A DNA stretch of 59,409 nucleotides from an uncultured Geobacter sp. (GTDB lineage: Bacteria; Desulfobacterota; Desulfuromonadia; Geobacterales; DSM-12255), in contig CAYSMK010000032.1 of assembly GCA_964432205.1 (NCBI GenBank), positions 1 to 59,409 on the forward strand. The letters are read 5' to 3'. The notes below the pieces were generated by a model. The model searched no databases. It saw only the letters and a list, made by a program, of their open reading frames with translations, and was not told where the DNA came from. Numbering within the stretch: position 1 is the first letter of the stretch; each line of letters begins with the position of its first letter. Shown piece after piece: positions 28,174-38,912 of this stretch. Made by a program: the position numbers and the translations under genes.

Positions 28174-29814
28174 ATGAAGAAAGGAAGCCCCGGAATGATC
28201 ACTAACATGCGGATAGGAGCGCGCCTGTTCCTCAGCTTTGCGATTGTCATCGTGCTGCTGCTGGGAGTCGGGGGGTATTCGCTGAACCGGATGGAGCTCC
28301 TGGCGGGATTCACAACGGAGCTCTACGAGCACCCGTTCACGGTCAGGAAGTCGATGCGCGATGCCTACCTCAATCTGTTGAAGATGAACTTTACCCTGAC
28401 CCAACTGGTTTCATCCCCAAACGCTGCCACCGTTGCCGGCCAGCTGCAGGTGGTCAACGAATCGGAGAAGGAGTTCATGAGGAACATGGCCCTCGTCAAG
28501 GAGCGCTTTCTCGGCAAACAGACCGAGGTGGACGAGGTCGTCAGGTCTTACGACGAGTGGAAGCCGTTACGCGACCAGGTGATCGCACTCGTCCTCGCCA
28601 AACAGCAGGCGAAGGCAAAGGCGCTCATGAACGGCGCCGAGGCGAAACTCTTTGCCAAGATGGACAAGGAGGCCGCGGATGTCCTCACCTTTGCCGACAA
28701 CAAGGCGACCTCCTTCATGAAGCATGCCCAGGACACGGCAAAGAGTTCGCTGATCCTGGTCGCCCTGACCATAGCTACCGCCCTGGTCATGGTCATTGTG
28801 GTGGCAGTCACCCTTACCCGCAGCATTACCGCCCCGCTGCGTGCGGCCGTAGGTATGGCCGCCCGGGTTGCCGACAACGACCTGACCGTGACACTCCCTG
28901 CTGCCAGCGGCCGCGACGAATTCAGCCTGCTCCTTCAGACCTTCGGCCGGATGGTGGGTAACCTTCGCCAGCAGACGCAGGAGATTCAGGAGGGGGTGAA
29001 CGTGCTTGCCGCCTCGGCCGGTGAGATCCTGGCCTCGACGAGCCAGGTCGCATCCAGCGCGGCGGAGACTGCGAGCGCAGTGAACGAGACGACCGCCACC
29101 GTCGAAGAGGTGAAGCAGACCACCCAGATGGCAAGCCAGAAGGCCCGGCTCGTGGCAGACACCGCCCAGCGCTCCCTTCAGGTCTCCCAGAGCGGCATGA
29201 AATCGGTTGAGGACTCCATAGAGGGGATGAACAGGATCAGGGAGCAGATGGCGACCATTGCCGAAAGCATCGTGAGCCTGAGCGAGCAGAGTCAGGCCAT
29301 CGGCGAAATTATTGCCTCGGTGAACGACCTGGCCGAACAGTCGAACCTCCTCGCCGTCAACGCCTCCATCGAGGCGGCCAAGGCGGGGGAACACGGCAAG
29401 GGGTTTGCCGTGGTTGCCCAGGAGGTGAAGAGCCTTGCCAACCAGTCCAAGCAGGCCACGGCCCAGGTGCGGGGGCTGCTGAACGATATCCAGAAGGCGA
29501 CCAATGCGGCGGTGATGGCGACGGAGCAGGGGAGCAAGGCTGTCGAGGCCGGCGAGAAACAGGCCTTGGAGGCCGGGGAGTCCATCCGGCTGCTGGCGGG
29601 AAGCATTTCCGAGTCGGCCAACGCGTCGTCACAGATCACGGCTACCAATCAGCAGCAGTTGGTCGGCATGGACCAGGTGGCCCTGGCCATGGAGAACATC
29701 AGCGAGGCGAGTACCCTGAGCGTCACCAGTACCAGGCAGTCGGAGATCTCGGCGCAGAACCTCAACGAACTGGGGCAAAAGTTGAAGCGGCTGGTGGACC
29801 AGTTCAAATTGTAG
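28174..29814 (+). CDS. methyl-accepting chemotaxis protein (two TM segments, HAMP, MCP signalling domain)
   Basis: Periplasmic helical sensor between TM segments. HAMP. Conserved MCP hairpin ([57 protein letters not shown]). Confidence 0.9.
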   Translation: MKKGSPGMITNMRIGARLFLSFAIVIVLLLGVGGYSLNRMELLAGFTTELYEHPFTVRKSMRDAYLNLLKMNFTLTQLVSSPNAATVAGQLQVVNESEKEFMRNMALVKERFLGKQTEVDEVVRSYDEWKPLRDQVIALVLAKQQAKAKALMNGAEAKLFAKMDKEAADVLTFADNKATSFMKHAQDTAKSSLILVALTIATALVMVIVVAVTLTRSITAPLRAAVGMAARVADNDLTVTLPAASGRDEFSLLLQTFGRMVGNLRQQTQEIQEGVNVLAASAGEILASTSQVASSAAETASAVNETTATVEEVKQTTQMASQKARLVADTAQRSLQVSQSGMKSVEDSIEGMNRIREQMATIAESIVSLSEQSQAIGEIIASVNDLAEQSNLLAVNASIEAAKAGEHGKGFAVVAQEVKSLANQSKQATAQVRGLLNDIQKATNAAVMATEQGSKAVEAGEKQALEAGESIRLLAGSISESANASSQITATNQQQLVGMDQVALAMENISEASTLSVTSTRQSEISAQNLNELGQKLKRLVDQFKL

Positions 29815-29830
29815 GAACACCAGATTTGAC

Positions 29831-32107
29831 ATGACCATGGACAAAGAGTTTCATACCAGGCTGCTGGAAACGTTCCGCATCGAGACGCGGGAACGTCTCG
29901 ATGCCGTTGCCGCAGCACTTATCACATTGGAGAAGAGTGCGGCAGACGAGCAGGTGCAGGAGATCGTCGAGGCGCTCTTCAGAGAGACCCACAGCCTGAA
30001 GGGTGCTGCCCGCTCGGTGGGGATCGAGCCGGTGGAATCGGTCAGCCACGGGCTGGAGAGTGTATTCTCGGCCCTGAAGCGCGGAGAAATCGCCCCATCG
30101 CCAGCCCTGTTCGATCTCTTTCACGCAGCGGTCGATCTGATCGGCCAGCTTCTCCGCTCTCTCGGCGCGGAACCGCTGCCCGGAATCAATGAGCGCCTGC
30201 GGCAACTCAACCGCCGACTGCAGCTCGCCGTCCAGGGCCACCTTCCCTCTGGCCCACCCAAGACCCCGCCAAGGGTGGACGCACCTGAAACGACCGGCGA
30301 CAGACATGATGCTCCGAAGACCGTGCGGATTGCCGCAGAGAAGCTGGAAGCCGTACTGCGGCAGACCGAAGGGATGCTGGCGGCAAAACTGGCGGCAGGC
30401 CAGCGTGCCGAGGATCTGCGCGGGCTTGGAATGATGCTCGTCCAGTGGGAGAAGGAGTGGAAGGGTATCCTGCCGGTTCTGCGGCGCGTTCGCCGCGGCC
30501 GGCAGCCGGCTGCCCGGAGTCGTACTGACCTGCCTGCAGGAGCGGGAGAAGAGACCTTCGCCCCTGTTCTTGATTTCCTCGATTCGAACCACGCCACATT
30601 CAAGACGCTGGCCCACCATCTGGACCTGGTGACGCAGGCGACAGAGCGCGACCACCTGCATCTGGGCGACATGGTGCAGGCAGTCCTGGAAGACGTGCGC
30701 GAGGCGATGATGCTGCCGTTCTCGTCCCTGCTGGCTATTCTTCCGAAGAGTGTCCGCGACCTGGCCAGGGACCGGGGGAAAGAGGTAGATCTGGTCGTGG
30801 CGGGTGAGTCGATCGAGATCGACCGCCGCATTCTGGAGGAGATGAAGGACCCGTTTGTCCATCTGGTGCGCAACTGCGTTGATCACGGAATCGAACGCCC
30901 ATCCGAACGGGAGCGACAGGGCAAGCCCCCCCGCGGCACCATTTCCGTCTCCCTGACGCTACTCCCCGGCGATCGTGTCGAGATCATTGTCGCCGACGAT
31001 GGCGCCGGCATAGACAGTGCCCGCCTGCGGCGGGCCGCGGCACAGCTGGGACTCTCCTCCCCCGGGGAGGCGGAGCGGCTCTCCGAGGCAGAACTGCTCC
31101 CGCTCGTCTTCACGTCCGGCTTGAGCACCAGCCCGATCATCGACGACATCTCCGGCCGGGGGCTGGGCCTGGCCATTGTCCGGGAAAAGGTGGAGGGGCT
31201 CGGCGGGACCATAGCCGTGGAGAACACCCCTGGACGGGGAACAATCTTCCGCATCACCATCCCTCTTACCCTTTCCACCTTCCGGGGAATCCTGGTGGAG
31301 ACGGCCGGGCAGATGTTCGTGGTGCCGACCGCAGACGTGGAACGAGTGACCAGGCGGGATAAGAGGGAGATCGTCACCGTGGAGAACCGGGAAACCATCG
31401 AACTGGACGGCGAACCCCTCTCGTTTGTCCTTCTGGGGGATGTCCTGGAACTGCCGCGGCGGGAGCGACAAGCGGACGAAACCGAGCAGGTCTCACTGTT
31501 CGTGCTCACCGCGGACCGGGGGAGGATCGCTTTCGGCGTGGACAGGGTGCTCGGCGAACAGGAGGTGGTGGTCAAGGGGCTCGGCAGACAGCTCAGGCGT
31601 GTGCGGAACGTTGCCGGCGCCTCGGTGCTGGGGACCGGGAAGGTGGTGCCTATCCTGAACAGCCGCGATCTGGCCGGGTCGGCGGTCAGGGTTGCCGCTG
31701 CCGGAGCCGGTATCCCCCGCGGAGCAGCTGACGAGGCGACAACTCCCGGCACACTCCTGGTGGTGGAGGACTCCATCACCGCCCGGACCCTGCTGAAGAA
31801 CATCCTGGAGGGGGCCGGCTATCTGGTCAGGACCGCGGTTGACGGAATCGATGCCCTGACCGTGCTGAAGACAGAGCCGGTCGATCTGGTGGTTTCGGAC
31901 GTTGACATGCCGCGGCTGAACGGCTTCGAACTCACCGGCAGGATCCGCGGTTTACGGGAGTTTGCCGACCTGCCGGTGGTGCTCGTTACCTCACTCGACT
32001 CCCGCGAGGACCGGGAGCGGGGAATCGACGTCGGGGCCAATGCATACATCGTGAAGAGCAGCTTTGACCAGAGCAATCTCCTGACCGTGATCCGGCAGCT
32101 GCTATAG
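29831..32107 (+). CDS. cheA: CheA histidine kinase with C-terminal receiver domain (CheA-REC hybrid)
   Basis: Hpt (ETHSLKGAARSVG). HATPase_c (G-boxes GRGLGLAIV). CheW-like domain. C-terminal REC (LLVVEDSITAR...VVSDVDMPRLNGFEL). Confidence 0.9.
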   Translation: MTMDKEFHTRLLETFRIETRERLDAVAAALITLEKSAADEQVQEIVEALFRETHSLKGAARSVGIEPVESVSHGLESVFSALKRGEIAPSPALFDLFHAAVDLIGQLLRSLGAEPLPGINERLRQLNRRLQLAVQGHLPSGPPKTPPRVDAPETTGDRHDAPKTVRIAAEKLEAVLRQTEGMLAAKLAAGQRAEDLRGLGMMLVQWEKEWKGILPVLRRVRRGRQPAARSRTDLPAGAGEETFAPVLDFLDSNHATFKTLAHHLDLVTQATERDHLHLGDMVQAVLEDVREAMMLPFSSLLAILPKSVRDLARDRGKEVDLVVAGESIEIDRRILEEMKDPFVHLVRNCVDHGIERPSERERQGKPPRGTISVSLTLLPGDRVEIIVADDGAGIDSARLRRAAAQLGLSSPGEAERLSEAELLPLVFTSGLSTSPIIDDISGRGLGLAIVREKVEGLGGTIAVENTPGRGTIFRITIPLTLSTFRGILVETAGQMFVVPTADVERVTRRDKREIVTVENRETIELDGEPLSFVLLGDVLELPRRERQADETEQVSLFVLTADRGRIAFGVDRVLGEQEVVVKGLGRQLRRVRNVAGASVLGTGKVVPILNSRDLAGSAVRVAAAGAGIPRGAADEATTPGTLLVVEDSITARTLLKNILEGAGYLVRTAVDGIDALTVLKTEPVDLVVSDVDMPRLNGFELTGRIRGLREFADLPVVLVTSLDSREDRERGIDVGANAYIVKSSFDQSNLLTVIRQLL

Positions 32108-32144
32108 TTTTCCTACCCCTCCTGACCACCGGAAAGAACAGATA

Positions 32145-33191
32145 ATGATCAACGTACTGATAGCGGATGATTCGGCCAGCGTGAGGCTCTTTCTCAGTCA
32201 GCTCCTCTCCGCTGATCCCGACATAGAGGTGGTTGGCACCGCGGGTGATGGGGAGGAGGTCCTGGAAGCCGTTGCCCGGTTGCGGCCGGATGTCATCACC
32301 ATGGATGTCCACATGCCGCGGATGAACGGGCTCGTCGCCACCCGCCGGATCATGGAGACAGTTCCGACTCCCATTGTCATCGTCAGCGGCAACCTCGATG
32401 CGGAAGAGGTGGCAACCACGTTCCACGCCCTGGATGCGGGAGCCGTGGCCGCCCTGCCTCGTCCCCATGGCGCCGGGCATCCGGATCACGAGTGGGAAGC
32501 GAAGGCTTTTGTGCAGACCGTCAAGCTGATGGCGGAAGTCAAGGTGGTCCGCCGTTGGGCCAGGCCTGCCGAAGGGCCGCCCCCCAAATCCGTTCCCCGC
32601 CCCTCTATCGCTGAAGCGCAGGCGGAGATCGGAGTGGTGGCTATCGGTGCTTCCACCGGCGGACCGCAGGTGATACACACCATCCTGGACGGCCTCCCTC
32701 GGGATTTCCCGGTGCCGATTCTTATCGTTCAGCATATGGCGGCCGGCTTCCTGGAAGGGTTCGTGACGTGGCTCAGCGGCACGTCAGGGGTAGTGCCCTG
32801 CCTGCCGGTAGATGGTGAACGACTTCTCCCCGGTCGCGCCTATATCGCTCCTGACGGCTGCCATATGGAAGTGACCGTCGACCGGACCATTGCCCTGCAA
32901 CGGACCCCCCCGGAAAACGGCCTTCGCCCATCTGTTGCCGCCCTTTTCCGTTCAGTTGCCGGGGTTTATGGGGAGAAGACGATAGGAGTCCTTCTTACCG
33001 GGATGGGAACTGACGGCGCGCAGGAACTGCGCCTGATGAAAGAACGGGGAGCGATCACGATTGTGCAGGACCCGGAGAGTTCGGTCGTTCACGGAATGCC
33101 CGGTGAGGCACTGAAACTCGGGGCCGCGATGTATACCATTGCGCCGGAGACAATAGTGTCTGTATTGAAAAGACTGACAATGGGGAAATGA
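32145..33191 (+). CDS. cheB: CheB methylesterase/response regulator
   Basis: REC (VLIADDSASVR...DVITMDVHMPRMNG) plus CheB esterase (VVAIGASTGGPQ...GMGTDGAQEL). Confidence 0.9.
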   Translation: MINVLIADDSASVRLFLSQLLSADPDIEVVGTAGDGEEVLEAVARLRPDVITMDVHMPRMNGLVATRRIMETVPTPIVIVSGNLDAEEVATTFHALDAGAVAALPRPHGAGHPDHEWEAKAFVQTVKLMAEVKVVRRWARPAEGPPPKSVPRPSIAEAQAEIGVVAIGASTGGPQVIHTILDGLPRDFPVPILIVQHMAAGFLEGFVTWLSGTSGVVPCLPVDGERLLPGRAYIAPDGCHMEVTVDRTIALQRTPPENGLRPSVAALFRSVAGVYGEKTIGVLLTGMGTDGAQELRLMKERGAITIVQDPESSVVHGMPGEALKLGAAMYTIAPETIVSVLKRLTMGK

Positions 33192-34450
33192 CCAGGCAAG
33201 GGGATACCATGGCAGCGAGATCATCCGGGGCAGCAATCCTCATCATTGAAGACAGCCCTACCCAGGCCGAGCAACTGCGGTATATGCTGGAGAAAAACGG
33301 CTACCGCACGTCCGTATCCGGCAACGGCCGCGAGGCCCTCACCCTGTTTCCCGAGATGAGGCCGTCGCTCGTCATCAGCGATATCATCATGCCGGAGATG
33401 GACGGTTACGAGTTGTGCCGGCAGATAAAAGAAACGTGTGGTGATCTGAAGACCCCGGTCATGCTTCTCACCTCCCTCGCCGACCCTCACGATGTCATCA
33501 GGGGACTGGAGTGCGGTGCTGACGCGTTCATAACAAAACCGTATGAGGAAGAGTACCTGCTTTCCCGCATTGACTACATGTTGACCAACCGTTCACCATG
33601 TCGCCGGGGAACGTCTGATGATGGGCTGGCCATCGAGTTCGGCGGCCAGGAATACTGCATAACAGCCGACCGACGACAGGTTCTCGATCTTCTGCTCTCC
33701 ACATACGAAACCGCCATGCAGAAAAACACCGAACTGATCAAGGCCCGTGACGAGATGACTCGGCTCAATGAGCAGTTGGAAACGGCCAACCGCGATCTGG
33801 AGGCCTTCAACTACACCGTCTCCCACGACCTGCGCGGCCCGCTTACCAATATCAGCGGATATTCTCAGGCTCTCCGCGACATATACGCCGACACACTCGA
33901 TGAACAGGCCAAAGACTTCATCAAGGAGATCTATCAGGCGACTCTGCGGATGGATAAAATGATAGGGGCGCTGTTGAACTTTGCCAAGATGAACCACCGG
34001 GTCTTGAACGTGGAAACGGTCAACTTGAGCATGCTGGCTCTTGCGGTGGCAACCGACCTGCGCTACCGGGATAGGCAACGGACTGTCAATTTCACCATTG
34101 CCGAGGGAGTCATGGCCAAAGGTGACTCAATGTTGCTCCAGGTGGTACTGCAAAACCTCATCGGCAATGCATGGAAATACACCGGGAAAAGGGAAAGGGC
34201 CGAGATCATTTTCGGGGTAACTGAAACATGCGGAGAACGCACCTACTTCGTCCGGGACAATGGCGCCGGGTTTGACATGGACCAGGCCGATCGGCTGTTC
34301 GATGCATTCGAACGTCTCCACAGCAGGGAGGAATTCGAAGGGAGCGGCATTGGCCTGGCTACGGTACAGCGGATCATCCAGCGCCACGGCGGGACGATCT
34401 GGGCGGAAGGGGAAGTGGATCGGGGAGCAACGTTCTATTTCACCCTTTGA
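33188..34450 (+). CDS. hybrid response regulator-histidine kinase (REC + HisKA + HATPase_c)
   Basis: REC (ILIIEDSPTQAE...VISDIIMPEMDG). H-box VSHDLRGPLTNISGY. N/G boxes (NLIGNAWKYT, GSGIGLATV). Confidence 0.85.
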   Translation: MTRQGDTMAARSSGAAILIIEDSPTQAEQLRYMLEKNGYRTSVSGNGREALTLFPEMRPSLVISDIIMPEMDGYELCRQIKETCGDLKTPVMLLTSLADPHDVIRGLECGADAFITKPYEEEYLLSRIDYMLTNRSPCRRGTSDDGLAIEFGGQEYCITADRRQVLDLLLSTYETAMQKNTELIKARDEMTRLNEQLETANRDLEAFNYTVSHDLRGPLTNISGYSQALRDIYADTLDEQAKDFIKEIYQATLRMDKMIGALLNFAKMNHRVLNVETVNLSMLALAVATDLRYRDRQRTVNFTIAEGVMAKGDSMLLQVVLQNLIGNAWKYTGKRERAEIIFGVTETCGERTYFVRDNGAGFDMDQADRLFDAFERLHSREEFEGSGIGLATVQRIIQRHGGTIWAEGEVDRGATFYFTL

Positions 34451-34641
34451 CGCAGCATTCAGCACGAGACCGTAACGGGGCGTATGGTAATGACCTACGC
34501 CCCGTCATGTTTTTTTCGGACGGCAATCCGGTCAGACAGCACCACGCTGCAGGCAGAATATGCGCCATGGAAGCGAGCGGCGCCGACCAGTGGCCGGTCT
34601 ATATGCTTTTCCGTTCGGCAGGGGTAAAATGATATAAGGAG

Positions 34642-35142
34642 GTGAAGACAATGGCATTGTTACTGAGAATCGTATCATTGGTCATGCTCTGCATGCTGTC
34701 GGCACTCCCTGATCTCCATGCCGCCGGCACGAGTCCCGTGTCCGACCTGCCGTACCGGCACAGCGCGTTCGACTTCAAATACGCCTGGAAAGCAGCTCCT
34801 CTCGGACAAGGGATGGCCATCGAAGGCCTGGTGAAAAACATCCGCTACTTCAATGTTGAAGGGGCAGTGCTGACCGTATCCCTGCTGAACGGAGAGAGGA
34901 AAGTGCTCGCCGAAGCAACCACCTTCCCCATCCCGCAGCAGATAAGGATGGATGAAGTGCGGCCGTTTGACATGGTCCTGAAGGGTGCCGCCCCGAACCC
35001 GGGCGACCGGCTGCGGTTCCTGATCAGCTATCGAGCTTTCGATGGGCGTGATGGCGTTGGCTTCTGGATGAGCAGTTTCACGGTGGATGCAACAACCGGT
35101 GCGGTGCTGGCCGAGAAGGTCAAACCGGCCACCGGGTGGTAA
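34642..35142 (+). CDS. hypothetical secreted protein
   Basis: N-terminal signal peptide. No recognisable family. Confidence 0.45.
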   Translation: MKTMALLLRIVSLVMLCMLSALPDLHAAGTSPVSDLPYRHSAFDFKYAWKAAPLGQGMAIEGLVKNIRYFNVEGAVLTVSLLNGERKVLAEATTFPIPQQIRMDEVRPFDMVLKGAAPNPGDRLRFLISYRAFDGRDGVGFWMSSFTVDATTGAVLAEKVKPATGW

Positions 35143-35210
35143 CGGGTCAAAGGGTGCCTCGCTGCACCTATGAGCGGGCACCTATCGCCCCGGAGGAGGA
35201 ACGTGTGGCA

Positions 35211-35987
35211 ATGGATTTCCTGATTGTTCAATCGCGGCGCATTGAATACGTCCGGCTGCAACCAAAGACCGCGAAACCGCACACACCGTCCATTGTCATG
35301 CTTCACGAGGGGTTGGGATCGATAGCCATGTGGCGGGATTTCCCGCAGCAGGTTGCCGACGCGACCGGCTGCGAAGTAATGGTGTATTCGCGCTACGGCT
35401 ACGGCAGTTCAGACCCCACTGAACAGAGCCGTGACGTCAACTTCATGCATACGGAAGCGTTGGAGTCGCTTCCCGATCTGCTGGATCAGCTGCATATCAG
35501 GAAGCCGATCCTGTTCGGCCATAGCGATGGCGGCTCCATCGCCTTGATTCATGCCGGAGGAGCGCGGCGCGCGCTTACCGGCGTGGTTGCAATGGCCCCG
35601 CATGTCAAGGTGGAACAGCTTACCGTCACCAGCATCGCGGCTGCGAGAGAGGCTTACCTGAGCGGCAACCTGAGTGAAAAGCTGGCCAGATACCACGCCA
35701 ACGTGGATTTGGCATTCCGGCACTGGGCCGATATCTGGCTGCACCCGGAATTCCTGCACTGGAACATCGAGGACTATCTCCCCCCGATCGCCTGCCCGGT
35801 CCTGGCGATCCAGGGCGTTGACGACGAATACGGCACGATGGAGCAGATCGACATCATCGGCCGCGCCGTAAAGGATGTGGAACTGCTGAAACTTCCCCAG
35901 TGCGGGCACTCGCCGCACCGCGACCAGCCGCAGGCCGTACTGAAGGCGGTAGCCGCTTTTGTGGAAAAGATAGCGGGACGACACTGA
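35211..35987 (+). CDS. alpha/beta-hydrolase fold protein
   Basis: HEGLGS oxyanion region and GHSDGG nucleophile elbow. C-terminal His (CGHSPHRD). Confidence 0.7.
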   Translation: MDFLIVQSRRIEYVRLQPKTAKPHTPSIVMLHEGLGSIAMWRDFPQQVADATGCEVMVYSRYGYGSSDPTEQSRDVNFMHTEALESLPDLLDQLHIRKPILFGHSDGGSIALIHAGGARRALTGVVAMAPHVKVEQLTVTSIAAAREAYLSGNLSEKLARYHANVDLAFRHWADIWLHPEFLHWNIEDYLPPIACPVLAIQGVDDEYGTMEQIDIIGRAVKDVELLKLPQCGHSPHRDQPQAVLKAVAAFVEKIAGRH

Positions 35988-36042
35988 GAACCTGCCGAAA
36001 ACAACTTTGATCAGGTAGTGCGCCCGCCTCCCCCATCCCGGG

Positions 36043-37620
36043 TCAGACCTCTATCCGGAATGCCGCGCCATCCCCGACGTTGCGCACGGTGAGCGCACCC
36101 CCCATGTTTTTTTCGACGATGGTTTTCGACATGAAGAGGCCGACACCTGTCCCCTTGTCCGGCCCTCGGGTGGTAAAATACGGGTCGAAGATCTTGTCCA
36201 TGATCTCTTCCGGAATGCCACCACCGTTATCGGCAATAATCACGACGGAGGTGTCGCCCTGCTGTTCCATGGTGATGGTTACCCGCGGGTTGGCAATGTT
36301 GCGCTCCGCCAGAACATCCCTGGCGTTCAGCAGGATATTGATCAGCACCTGGGAGAATTCGTTCGGGTAGCCATGGATCACGGGATCACCCGTCGCCAGC
36401 GTTTCGACCTTGATCCTGAGGCTGGAAAAGCTCCCTTCGATAAGGGATACGGTCTTCAACACAACATCACCGACCTTGAAGGTCACCTTCTCCTTGTCCG
36501 GCCTGAAGAAATTCCTGAAGTCATCGATGGTTTGCGACATGTGGAAGATCACCTGCATTGCCTTTTCCGTACTGGCTTTAAGCTCCTCTTCGCTTAGGTC
36601 GCCCTGCGCGCGCAGTGCCGGCAGGCTCTGGACAATAAGACCAAGCAGGTTGAGCGGCTGCCGCCACTGGTGGGCGATGTTGCCGATCATCTCTCCCAAG
36701 GCTGCCTGTCGGCTCTGCAGGATGAGGAGTCGTTCCTTCTCGCGGAGCTCTTCTCCTGTCCGCATCCGTTCGATGAACTCCTCCTGCAGCGTCTCCACCG
36801 TTCGTGCCAGCTCATAGTTCAGACTACGTACTCCCTCCTCGGCACGGTTGCGTTCCCCGACCTCCTGATGCAGCGCGGCAACGGAGTTTCGCAGATCGGC
36901 ATCGCTCGTCTGCAGCCTTTCCGTCATCTCGTTGAATGCGGCCGCCAACCGTCCCAGTTCATCGTCAGCCAACGGCCCGACCCGGTAACTCAGGTTCCCG
37001 GCAGCCACAATTGCCATTCCGCTGCGCAGTCTGGTGATGGCGGCGATGATCCTTCGGCCACTCAGCGCGGAAATAATGCTGGTCACAACCGCCAGGGAAA
37101 AGAACAGGATGACGACCGTGGAGTTGAACCCGTCGCGCATGGCGGCAAGCTGGCTCTGGTTCTGTGTGGCAAGGCGCGTGGCGGCGGTGAACATTTCGCG
37201 GGCCTTGATGAGCAGGGCACCTGAAAGGCGCTCTTTCCGCTCGGTAAGCTGTCCACCGTTACGGGTATCCAGATCGTTGCTCAACTGGGTGAAGACATGC
37301 CCCATCTCCCTGTGGAGCAGGCGCATCTTGTTCCGCAGCTTTTCGCATTCCGTGTCAGCAAACTGTTTGCCTTCCAGGCGGTTCCCGATGGCACCGTGCG
37401 TTGCGAGCCACTGGGACTTGATCTGTGCCTCCCGATAGATGAGGTAACGGTCAGACAGGAAGTTCAGATCGAACACATCCTGGGCAAGGGTATTGGCGAA
37501 GAGAAAATCCTGCCTGTGCTCCTGAAGATGCCTGTTCGTCGTGTTGACATACAGGCCAACCAGCAGGGCAACGACGAGGGGGAGGATGGATAGGGTCGCG
37601 AACTGTTTCTTGATCGTCAT
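36043..37620 (-). CDS. sensor histidine kinase (TM-sensor-TM, HAMP, coiled coil, HisKA-like H-box, HATPase_c)
   Basis: H-box IAHQWRQPLN. N box LLNARDVL. G boxes DNGGGI and GTGVGL. Confidence 0.85.
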   Translation of the reverse strand: MTIKKQFATLSILPLVVALLVGLYVNTTNRHLQEHRQDFLFANTLAQDVFDLNFLSDRYLIYREAQIKSQWLATHGAIGNRLEGKQFADTECEKLRNKMRLLHREMGHVFTQLSNDLDTRNGGQLTERKERLSGALLIKAREMFTAATRLATQNQSQLAAMRDGFNSTVVILFFSLAVVTSIISALSGRRIIAAITRLRSGMAIVAAGNLSYRVGPLADDELGRLAAAFNEMTERLQTSDADLRNSVAALHQEVGERNRAEEGVRSLNYELARTVETLQEEFIERMRTGEELREKERLLILQSRQAALGEMIGNIAHQWRQPLNLLGLIVQSLPALRAQGDLSEEELKASTEKAMQVIFHMSQTIDDFRNFFRPDKEKVTFKVGDVVLKTVSLIEGSFSSLRIKVETLATGDPVIHGYPNEFSQVLINILLNARDVLAERNIANPRVTITMEQQGDTSVVIIADNGGGIPEEIMDKIFDPYFTTRGPDKGTGVGLFMSKTIVEKNMGGALTVRNVGDGAAFRIEV

Positions 37621-37626
37621 CGGTGG

Positions 37627-38640
37627 CTACCTGATCACCGTAACCGCAGAGGGGGTAACGCTCAGGAGAGCGTCCAGGTAAAAGAAGTCCCGGAAATCGG
37701 GCACCGCCCGAGCCGGGCTCTTTTTCTGTTTCATGGCCCAGCGCGCCTGGCTTTCCAGTGTCATGAGCAGTGTCTGATCAAGGGAAAGGGCGAATTCATA
37801 GTCGGTCCATAGCTCTTTCAGCTGCGCCGAGTCGAGCCCGAACGACTCCATGGCCACCCGCTGCGCCGCATCATCATTGTTCGTCATGTAGCTGTTGGCA
37901 CGGTCGAGCGCCTTGACGACCCTACGGATTGCGTCGTTGTGGCCGGCAACGAAATCCCTGGTGGCGACGACATTCCAATACATCCGGTATGTTTCCTCGC
38001 CGTAAAACCTGACGCCATTATCCCCCAGGGTCTTCAGCAGGTTGGCGGTGTAATGCCCCCAAGAGGAAACCGCATCGACCCGGGCGGTAACCAGCGCATC
38101 CACGGTCTCGTCCGGTTTCAGATCGACAACGGTGATCGCTGGGCGCGGGATGCCGTGCATGATGAGGAATTCGTCCAGCAGGAATTCGCTGGTAGTGCCG
38201 GGGATGACACCGACAACTTTTCCCCGCATCTGGGCGGGAGTGGTGATACCCCTGTCCTTTCTGGCCACGATGCTGTTTTCCCTGCCGGTCCTGCAGATCG
38301 TGGCCAGTATCCGTATCTCCGCCCCCTCCAAGGCGGTCAGAACAATAGGCAGGTCCGCCACCGTCGCCAGATCCGCCTCTCCGCGCAGTACGGCCGCCAG
38401 GGCCTCTTTGCCGCTGGCATAGAATTTGATTTCAACGTCCAACCCTTCCGTATCGAAGAAGGCATTTCGCTGGGCTATCAATGCCGGCGTGGAACCAAGC
38501 ACCGAGGCAACGGCAAAGGTCAGTCGTTCGGGTGGTCGGGCGTCCTGTGCGGGCTTTCTTGTCTTCACGCCGATAAGAACGATGAGCACGGCAATGACGA
38601 TGGCAACTACGCTGAAAATGGCGGCCCTTTTCATTACCAT
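37627..38640 (-). CDS. periplasmic substrate-binding-like protein (NMT1/SsuA/TauA-type fold), likely sensor partner of the adjacent kinase
   Basis: Signal/TM then a type-2 SBP-like sequence (LTFAVASVLGSTPALIAQ...DLATVADLPIV...). Translationally adjacent to the HK (7-bp gap). Confidence 0.7.
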   Translation of the reverse strand: MVMKRAAIFSVVAIVIAVLIVLIGVKTRKPAQDARPPERLTFAVASVLGSTPALIAQRNAFFDTEGLDVEIKFYASGKEALAAVLRGEADLATVADLPIVLTALEGAEIRILATICRTGRENSIVARKDRGITTPAQMRGKVVGVIPGTTSEFLLDEFLIMHGIPRPAITVVDLKPDETVDALVTARVDAVSSWGHYTANLLKTLGDNGVRFYGEETYRMYWNVVATRDFVAGHNDAIRRVVKALDRANSYMTNNDDAAQRVAMESFGLDSAQLKELWTDYEFALSLDQTLLMTLESQARWAMKQKKSPARAVPDFRDFFYLDALLSVTPSAVTVIR

Positions 38641-38809
38641 GGTTGTGGATGCCTCCCGCCGGCCACTCCTGCCATCACTGAAACAGTCATTCTCCCGGGA
38701 ATGCCTGTGACGCGGGGGGCAATGAGCCGTGATGAACTGACCGCAGCGAAACATGCCAAGCGGCTACGTACAGTACTACCATAGATTCCCCCGGGCGCAA
38801 TGAACCGAC

Positions 38810-38850
38810 GTCAAAGGCCGCATCCTCAGTCGGATGCGGCCTTTGTTGTG
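38810..38850 (-). terminator. hairpin terminator-like element downstream of yajQ
   Basis: AAAGGCCGCATCC-TCAGTC-GGATGCGGCCTTT, perfect 13-bp stem. Weak U-tract on the minus strand. Confidence 0.4.
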
Positions 38851-38912
38851 CTATCATGCGCAGGGAAGAGCGCCATGACGGAGATTTTCGCCGGCTGGGC
38901 AGCTGTCGCCGG

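Noticed and set aside
26986-28404. 472-aa minus-strand ORF spanning the cheR 3' end, the intergenic leader and cheW
   Set aside because: It crosses two well-supported plus-strand genes and a non-coding spacer and has no domain motifs. This is a GC-driven spurious ORF. The same applies to 28567-29394(-), 29804-30886(-), 30883-31803(-) and 31986-32735(-) antisense to the MCP, cheA and cheB genes.
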